Below are positions 57,940-64,000 of a stretch of DNA of 64,000 nt, one piece after another (positions within the stretch are counted from its first letter, which is position 1; each line of letters opens with the position of its first letter). The translations under genes were made by a program, and so were the position numbers. The notes under the pieces are model-generated. The model did not search any database. It worked only from the letters and a program-made list of their open reading frames with translations, and was not told the DNA's origin. Origin of the DNA: a virus (lineage: Duplodnaviria > Caudoviricetes). The stretch spans positions 256,001 through 320,000 of the IMG/VR virus record IMGVR_UViG_3300043177_000122; one strand, given 5' to 3'.

Positions 57940-58640
57940 TGGAACCAATTGATTTTACTAGAAGCCGCGCCCTTAACAATGTACCTGGCAAAAAGCTTCA
58001 GGAAAGACTTGATAGTATCAATAATAGCTCCGATGAAGACCAGGTCAAACGTGTTAAGCTAATTGCTTACAACAGATATGCTGAAAGTAATATTCCAATT
58101 GAGTACTGGGATCTCAAGATGGAGAAAGATTTTGTTGGCGATGAACGTTTAAAGAAAAAGTATGAAGAGTATGTAGCGGACTTGAAAGCATCTCATCAGT
58201 CTGGATCTTCTTTTTGTCTTGCCGGAGGCCATGGTGTTGGTAAAACAATGACTATGACTTGTATTCTCAAAAAGGCAAGTCAGAAGGGTTATTCTTGTTT
58301 ATATACTACGCTTAGCGATATTGTCAGTGTATTAACTCAAGCACCGGCTGAAGAGAGATTCCTAGCGCGTCAAGAATTGATTAAGGTTGATTTTCTAGTC
58401 ATAGATGAGTTTGATCCGAGATTTATGGCTTCAGAAAATGCTGCTGACTTGTATGCTAGAACGTTAGAAAGTATTTTCCGCACTCGCAGCGCTAATAAAC
58501 AACCAACATTAATGTGTACAAATAGTCCAAATGTTATTGAGAGCTTCGGTGGTGCTTTGAAAGCTAGTATTGGTAGTTTAATGAAAGGCTACACTAAGAT
58601 ATTTCCAGTATTGGGCGAAGATGTTAGGGGTAAGAAATGA
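57939..58640 (+). CDS. DnaC/IstB-like AAA+ helicase loader
   Basis: Walker A GGHGVGKT, Walker B FLVIDE, TLMCTN. Directly upstream of DnaB. Start moved to 57939. Confidence 0.85.
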   Translation: MEPIDFTRSRALNNVPGKKLQERLDSINNSSDEDQVKRVKLIAYNRYAESNIPIEYWDLKMEKDFVGDERLKKKYEEYVADLKASHQSGSSFCLAGGHGVGKTMTMTCILKKASQKGYSCLYTTLSDIVSVLTQAPAEERFLARQELIKVDFLVIDEFDPRFMASENAADLYARTLESIFRTRSANKQPTLMCTNSPNVIESFGGALKASIGSLMKGYTKIFPVLGEDVRGKK

Positions 58641-60082
58641 GTTTTGATGATTTGGAAATGAGAGTGCTTAAGACCATTACTTCAAATAAGAAGTTTGGTC
58701 TTGACTTTGCAAATGAGAATGATCCAAAACTCTTTTCTGGTGAGTTATGGAATTTTGCTAACGTAGTAGTTGGCTATATCAAAACCCACAAAGACTTGCC
58801 CACCATTCGTGTAATTAATGAAAAACTTGCCAAAGGCAACAACGACAATCTGCTTAAAAAAATTAACTCTGTGTGGAATGCATTGCAGAAGGTCCAAGCA
58901 GATGATAAAGAATATAAACACGATTTAGATAGGCTTAAGAAACGTTTTGCTGAAAAGCAAATACTCGATACTTCTGGTATGCTCAGCAAACTAGAACCTG
59001 GTAGTATAGACGTAAACAAAACTGTCGTTGAGCTACAGAAAACTATTCAATCTATCAAGGGACTTAACCAAACCCGCTCATATGAACGCAGAACTTTAAA
59101 AGATGAAGTTCCTCATTTCCGTGATGAATACAATGCTAAGTTAGAAGATCCAAACTTTGATGCAGGTATTAAAACCGGTTATTCTTTTTTGGATTATGTA
59201 ACTGATGGTTTGCGTGGCGGAGAAATGTTGCTCATTGGTGGTGAATCTGGTGGCGGTAAATCTATGCTTCTAATGAACATGGCGCTCCAAATTTGGCTGC
59301 AAGAAAATCAAGCATTGCTAGAAGAATATTTGCAATCGCCGGCTAGTGAGTTTGATTTCACTAAACTTAAACCGGGCAGTAACGTAATGTATTTTTCATT
59401 AGAAATGCCATTCAAGCCATGTCGCAACCGTGTGCTTGGTAGATTATCTACTAATCCCACGAAACTAATTCGTACAGCCAAGTTGAATGGCGAGGAAGCG
59501 ACCAAGCTAAAGAAAGTTCTCAAGTTTGTTCAACACTATCAATCTCAATTTGAAATCATTGATATCCCTCGTGGCGCTACAATGGAAAGTCTTGAGATGA
59601 TATATGAGGAAGCCAAAGTTCTGTATGACCCAAAGATCATCGTCATCGACTATCTCGGGTTGATGGACTATGAAGGCGGCAAAGATATGGACGATTGGTT
59701 GAAGCTTGGTAAAATTGCCGAGCGTATCCATGAGTTCGCCCGTGTACATAATGTAATTGTATTGAGTGCAGTTCAGCTTAATAGAAATAAGGGAACTAAG
59801 GAAGAAGATAAAATTGGTTTGCATCGTATTGGTCGTTCCGCTTTGATTATGCAGAATGCTAACATTGCGGTTCAAATTGAGACTCGTGCTAACGAAAAGA
59901 ACTTCCCAGATATGAAGTATCATATTATCAAAAATCGTGATGGCGAGTTAGGTGATGGGCGCCTCATTAAAAATCTGGCTTGTGGCACACTTTTAGACGA
60001 AAAAACCGAAGAAGATCCAACTACTTTTGAGATGCGTGATATAGATGATATTTCTGAAAAGATTGAATTGCTTGATATATAA
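58637..60082 (+). CDS. dnaB: DnaB-like replicative helicase
   Basis: GIKTGY...LLIGGESGGGKS, YFSLEM, IVIDYL, LSAVQLNR, IIKNRDG. Confidence 0.92.
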   Translation: MSFDDLEMRVLKTITSNKKFGLDFANENDPKLFSGELWNFANVVVGYIKTHKDLPTIRVINEKLAKGNNDNLLKKINSVWNALQKVQADDKEYKHDLDRLKKRFAEKQILDTSGMLSKLEPGSIDVNKTVVELQKTIQSIKGLNQTRSYERRTLKDEVPHFRDEYNAKLEDPNFDAGIKTGYSFLDYVTDGLRGGEMLLIGGESGGGKSMLLMNMALQIWLQENQALLEEYLQSPASEFDFTKLKPGSNVMYFSLEMPFKPCRNRVLGRLSTNPTKLIRTAKLNGEEATKLKKVLKFVQHYQSQFEIIDIPRGATMESLEMIYEEAKVLYDPKIIVIDYLGLMDYEGGKDMDDWLKLGKIAERIHEFARVHNVIVLSAVQLNRNKGTKEEDKIGLHRIGRSALIMQNANIAVQIETRANEKNFPDMKYHIIKNRDGELGDGRLIKNLACGTLLDEKTEEDPTTFEMRDIDDISEKIELLDI

Positions 60083-60083
60083 A
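60071..60083 (+). promoter_or_regulatory. CTTGATATATAA motif copy upstream of HNH gene
   Basis: Exact 12-mer overlapping the dnaB stop. TATAAA ends 5 nt before ATG 60089. Confidence 0.5.
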
Positions 60084-60088
60084 ATGGT

Positions 60089-60886
60089 ATGGAAACCAAA
60101 AAATGTACGGGTAAATGTGGGCAAATTAAATCTATAACCGAATTCTCTACTCGTAGTGATAATGGCAAAGCCTATAATAAATGTAGGCAGTGTGTTAAAG
60201 AATACTACGAGAACTATAGAAAAGAAAAAGCAGACAAGATAAAACAGCAAAAGCTTAATCACTACCTAAATAATAAAAACTCTATACTTGAAGAGAAAAA
60301 ACAATATTACAAAAAGAATAAAGAGCGTATACTTCATAACTCGCAAAAATATTATGAAGACAATAAAGAAGAACTTAAAATTCAACATAGGGCGTACTAT
60401 CTCAAAAACAGGAATAAGATTTTAAGAGATAAAAAGTTGTATAGTAAGAGAAATCAAAAGAAGATATCCAGGTATACCGTTCAATATTTTAAGTTGAGGC
60501 GTTCTAAAGACCCATCATTTGCATTAAGATGTGACTTATCAACTACAATAGGGAGGGCACTTAGATTAGACATTAGCTCCAAAAATGGTAAATCTATAAC
60601 CGAATACCTGCCTTACACTATTGATGAACTCAAAGTTCATCTTGAGGCTCAGTTCGAGCCATGGATGAATTGGGATAACAGAGGCAAATATAATGAAATG
60701 TCTTGGAACGATAATGATCCAACCACTTGGACGTGGCAGATCGATCACATCATACCACACAGCAAATTCCACTATACCTCAATGACAGATCAGGCATTCC
60801 AAGACTGTTGGGCTCTAAGCAATTTGCGACCTCTCAGCGCAAAACAAAATCAAGCAGATGGCGCTAGTAAAACGAGACATAAATAG
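60089..60886 (+). mobile_element. Free-standing HNH homing endonuclease
   Basis: N-terminal CxxxC...CxxC, K/Y-rich helical repeats, WQIDHIIP...CWALSNLRPL. Confidence 0.8.
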
Positions 60887-60905
60887 ACATATAATAGAGG
60901 TCAAA

Positions 60906-61076
60906 ATGCAGGATAAAGTAGTGGCAGAAGCCGTCAGAATAGAATACGAAGAAAAGACCGGAAAACTGTTTATTGTATTTGAGGTCAAGGACGAAAAGTA
61001 TAAGCAAGATATCAAAGCCAATTGGACAAAAGATATAGAATTTAGGCTAGTAGACAAATCTTTGGTGACAGGATGA
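60906..61076 (+). CDS. Small hypothetical protein
   Basis: Start moved to ATG 60906 behind GAGG. Confidence 0.5.
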   Translation: MQDKVVAEAVRIEYEEKTGKLFIVFEVKDEKYKQDIKANWTKDIEFRLVDKSLVTG

Positions 61077-61420
61077 GAAAGAAAGAAATTAGTAACCTGA
61101 GAGAAATAATTGATGCAGGTTACCCGCACATTTGTATCAACCTTGACGACTTCAACCAATTTATACAAATCCCATGGGAAGCCAAGCGCTTTTACCCTAT
61201 GAGAGGTCGTGGTAATTGGTATGAGAAAAAGGGGTTCTTTCATAATGGCAAAACTGCTGTCTGGGCAACACTCAGCATACAACAGAATCATATCAAGATT
61301 GCCGATAAAGAAATTCCAACTCTCTCGACTGGGGCTTATTGGTCTAGAAATTTTTCATTTGAAGAAGAAGGTAGCCCACGGATCATTCAGAAGATGATGA
61401 AATTGAAAGCGTTTTGGTAA
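61073..61420 (+). CDS. Hypothetical protein
   Basis: 115-aa ORF with ATGA coupling. Confidence 0.5.
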   Translation: MRKKEISNLREIIDAGYPHICINLDDFNQFIQIPWEAKRFYPMRGRGNWYEKKGFFHNGKTAVWATLSIQQNHIKIADKEIPTLSTGAYWSRNFSFEEEGSPRIIQKMMKLKAFW

Positions 61421-61431
61421 GAGGAAATATC

Positions 61432-61740
61432 ATGCCAACTTATGAACATCGATGTGATACTTGTAAACACGAATGGGAAGATTCTTACTCTATTAAGGCT
61501 GACCCGCCTAAACAATGCCCTGAGTGTAAAGCAGAAACTGTAACAAGACTTATCTCTGGTACTGCTAAAGGGGTAGTTGAGCTATACGGGCAGGAGCTAG
61601 TAGATAAGATTAAGGCTGACGCTCAGAAAACAAAAGCTGAGGCTGCTAAAGATGAAAAAGTATATGCAAATCTATTAGGGGAAGATAGATATCAAAGCAT
61701 ACAAACTCAAATGGATAAACGTAGACGCGAGCGCCGATGA
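61432..61740 (+). CDS. FmdB-family zinc ribbon protein with helical extension
   Basis: MPTYEHRCDTCKHEWE...CPECK...VTRLIS. Confidence 0.8.
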   Translation: MPTYEHRCDTCKHEWEDSYSIKADPPKQCPECKAETVTRLISGTAKGVVELYGQELVDKIKADAQKTKAEAAKDEKVYANLLGEDRYQSIQTQMDKRRRERR

Positions 61741-61964
61741 ATGAGGACCGCCAACTTCAATTATCCAGTGATATGTTAGTCTGTAAATATACAGTCAAGA
61801 AATTATTGCGTAGAATTTTTGATTTAGAATTAGATACCGAAACTTCTTCAGAAGAGAAGATGGCAGAAATCAAAAAGATTAAGGATGAAATGATGAAAGT
61901 TGGTGCGGAAATTGACAAGGTAAAAAAAGAGATTAGATTATTAGGAAACTACAACGTAAATTGA
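61737..61964 (+). CDS. Small coiled-coil protein
   Basis: 75-aa E/K-rich ORF. Confidence 0.5.
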   Translation: MNEDRQLQLSSDMLVCKYTVKKLLRRIFDLELDTETSSEEKMAEIKKIKDEMMKVGAEIDKVKKEIRLLGNYNVN

Positions 61965-61970
61965 GGATAA

Positions 61971-62165
61971 ATGCCGACGTATCTTTACGAGTGCCCCGAA
62001 CATGGGGAGTTTGAACATCAACATTCAATTAATGATGAGTTGGAATTTTGCCCTAGATGTCAGGAAGAAAAATCTGCCACTCTACATAAGGTAAAAAGAC
62101 TTATTGCTGGTGGAAGTGGTTTTATACTGAATGGCGGCGGCTGGGCCAAAGAAGGATATTCATGA
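61971..62165 (+). CDS. FmdB-family zinc ribbon protein
   Basis: MPTYLYECPEHGEFE...CPRC...VKRLI...GFILNGGGW. Confidence 0.8.
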   Translation: MPTYLYECPEHGEFEHQHSINDELEFCPRCQEEKSATLHKVKRLIAGGSGFILNGGGWAKEGYS

Positions 62166-62794
62166 GCGCAGGAGATAAGCTTATAGGAAATAGATTTGGT
62201 AAATTAGTTGTATTGGGAGAATATGAACCCAGTCGCCAAGCTATTAATAATCTAAACCATTACTCTGCAAGAGTATATGCGTCCGTTCTTTGTCAATGTG
62301 ATTGTGGAAATACTAAGAGAATTCCCGTTCATGATTTAAGAAAAGGCTCAACTAAATCATGTGGTTGTTTTAGGAGTGAAAATTCATCTAAAATGTGGAA
62401 GGAGCTAGGTAAAATTGGAGGAAGAAAAAGGCGTAAGTATTCAACAAAAGAGTCGAGCGCCAGGGACTTATTCCAAAAATACCTGAAAAGACATCCTGGT
62501 GATTTGACTTTCGAAGAGTTTTATAAATTAACACAACTTGAATGTCATCATTGCGGTGCAAATCCGCACCAAATATATCTGGTAAAGAACGCAACGGATG
62601 ATGATAAAACAAGCCAATTTATTTACAATGGATTGGATAGAGTTGATATTTCAAGAGGATATGATAAAGATAATGTAGTTCCATGTTGCGGTACGTGTAA
62701 TTTTATGAGGCATAAATTATCATTGTCCGATTTTTATATGCACATAACTAAAATCGTTAAGCATCGTGGTTGGGATTTACCAAAACACGGCTAA
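62162..62794 (+). mobile_element. Free-standing HNH homing endonuclease (second family)
   Basis: GNRFGKLVVL...CQCDCGN...LRKGSTKSCGC; CHHCG...NGLDRVD...NVVPCCGTCN. Confidence 0.8.
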
Positions 62795-62795
62795 C

Positions 62796-62948
62796 ATGAA
62801 AAACAAGGGTGGCAGAGAAAACGATAAACATAAGTTAGAGCATGTAGTTGAATTGCTCAAGTTTGCCCTATCTCTTGACGATGAAGAGATAATGAAGTCC
62901 ACCGTTGAATCCGTTATTGAAATATTAGAAGAAGAAATTAGTAAGTGA
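62796..62948 (+). CDS. Small hypothetical protein
   Basis: 50-aa helical ORF from ATG 62796. Confidence 0.4.
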   Translation: MKNKGGRENDKHKLEHVVELLKFALSLDDEEIMKSTVESVIEILEEEISK

Positions 62949-63040
62949 ATCGACGAGTTGTAGCGGTCAACAATCTAATTTTGGAAGCCGTATCAATAAT
63001 GGAGTATAACATTACTTTCGACTAAAGTGAGAGAAGACTA

Positions 63041-63670
63041 ATGCTGACAGAACAAGAAGCACATGACCTAATGAATAAGCTAATTGATCTTAGAATCCAG
63101 GCTAAAGAGACTGGAGACTCTAAGATTATAGCCCAATTAAAGCGTCATGAACAAGAATGCATCGAGAAATTTAGATATCTTGTCACCATGAAAACTGGCC
63201 GTTACAAGGCGTTCAGTAATTATGAAGACTTGAATCAAGAGGGCTTTGAAGCTCTGATCAAAGCAATGAAAACCTTCAAACCAAACAAGGGATCTTTTTT
63301 TGCGTGGGCACATAACTATATTGGTACTCGTATTTCGAGAAGTGCCAATTTGCACACGACTATTCGTTTCCCTTTGAAGGTAGCTAAAGCCAACACCCCG
63401 CACAAAGAATCTATTATGCCTGTGCAGGTTGAGGAACGTTATTGCCCTGATAAGGAGCTTGAAGAATCTCAAGTTACTCATGCCGTGCAAGATGCTTTGT
63501 CTGTCCTCTCAAAAGAACAGAAGGAGATCATCAGTTTGGCATATGGCTTTGACGGTGACAAGCCCATGTCCATTAATAAGATATGTAAAAAATTAAACAT
63601 ATCTCGATTAAGTTGTATTAAAACAATCAACAGCGCTCTTTCTTCTATGAAAGAGAATATCAAAATCTAA
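63041..63670 (+). CDS. Phage-encoded sigma70-family RNA polymerase sigma factor
   Basis: Region 2 EDLNQEGFEALIKAMKTFKPNKGSFFAWAHNYI. Region 4 LSVLSKEQKEIISLAYG...MSINKICKKLNISR. Confidence 0.88.
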   Translation: MLTEQEAHDLMNKLIDLRIQAKETGDSKIIAQLKRHEQECIEKFRYLVTMKTGRYKAFSNYEDLNQEGFEALIKAMKTFKPNKGSFFAWAHNYIGTRISRSANLHTTIRFPLKVAKANTPHKESIMPVQVEERYCPDKELEESQVTHAVQDALSVLSKEQKEIISLAYGFDGDKPMSINKICKKLNISRLSCIKTINSALSSMKENIKI

Positions 63671-63727
63671 TCAGTAGATTTTTGATTTACAAACTAAATT
63701 TAACTAACTTAATTCTAAGGACGGATT

Positions 63728-64000
63728 ATGCAGGATACTTTTATCTTAAGCTCTAAAGAAAAGTTGGAAAGGGCTAAAGAAGAAAAACGAAAATATGATC
63801 AGGTATATCGTGCTAAAAATAAATTGAAGCTATCAGAACAGTGGAAAAGTTATGATCAACGAAACAAAGTAGAAGTTAGGGCGCGTAAAAGAAAGTACGT
63901 TAAACAGCGTAGAGCTACTGATCCTATTTTTAGATTACGACATAATGTGTCAAAATCTATTAGGGCCATGATGAAATTAAATAAAAATGATAATTCATGT
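63728..64000 (+). mobile_element. Probable HNH endonuclease, truncated by window end
   Basis: Translates MQDTF...RKYVKQRRATDPIFRLRHNVSKSIR, paralleling ...KLRRSKDPSFALRCDLSTTIGRALR of the 60089 HNH. Confidence 0.6.

Noticed and set aside
58637-60082. Intein or intron in dnaB
   Set aside because: The length (481 aa) and motif spacing are normal, and the adjacent HNH is a separate ORF after the stop.
63662-63683. Terminator after the sigma gene (AAAATCTA-ATCAG-TAGATTTT)
   Set aside because: The stem is almost entirely A/T and overlaps the stop codon, too weak to call.
1-64000. Genome-wide stop-codon reassignment
   Set aside because: Very long ORFs (up to 2383 aa) are intact under the standard code and coding density is already high.

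Overview
An AT-rich fragment of a large tailed (myovirus-type, probably jumbo) phage genome. Nearly all genes are on the + strand. Most minus-strand ORFs in the track look like antisense shadows; the exception is a LAGLIDADG gene. 1-44.3 kb is a continuous contractile-tail morphogenesis module: fibre-like proteins, a holin-like membrane protein, tail terminator, sheath, tube, two tail-assembly chaperones, tape measure, hub, spike, gp25-like wedge, a very long baseplate J, a 2383-aa LamG-containing wedge and a dockerin-containing protein. 44.4-55.2 kb is an accessory block: GT4 and two GT2 glycosyltransferases, an RmlB-like dehydratase, a Nei-like glycosylase, a tubulin/FtsZ-family protein, a GH25 endolysin and a candidate envelope-spanning protein. 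55.3-64 kb covers replication and transcription: SF2 helicase, DnaC-like loader, DnaB, two FmdB zinc ribbons, a sigma factor and HNH endonucleases. The strongest unexplained signals are: (1) roughly ten-fold enrichment of the tripeptide DGY in a subset of virion proteins, next to a glycosylation gene island (candidate sequon-based virion modification system); (2) an ATT start codon implied for the Nei gene; (3) a repeated CTTGATATATAA promoter-like motif; (4) an SD-stimulated -1 frameshift site in the tail chaperones; (5) a candidate inverse-topology unimolecular spanin. All product calls come from motifs read by eye; no database search was run, and counts are manual.
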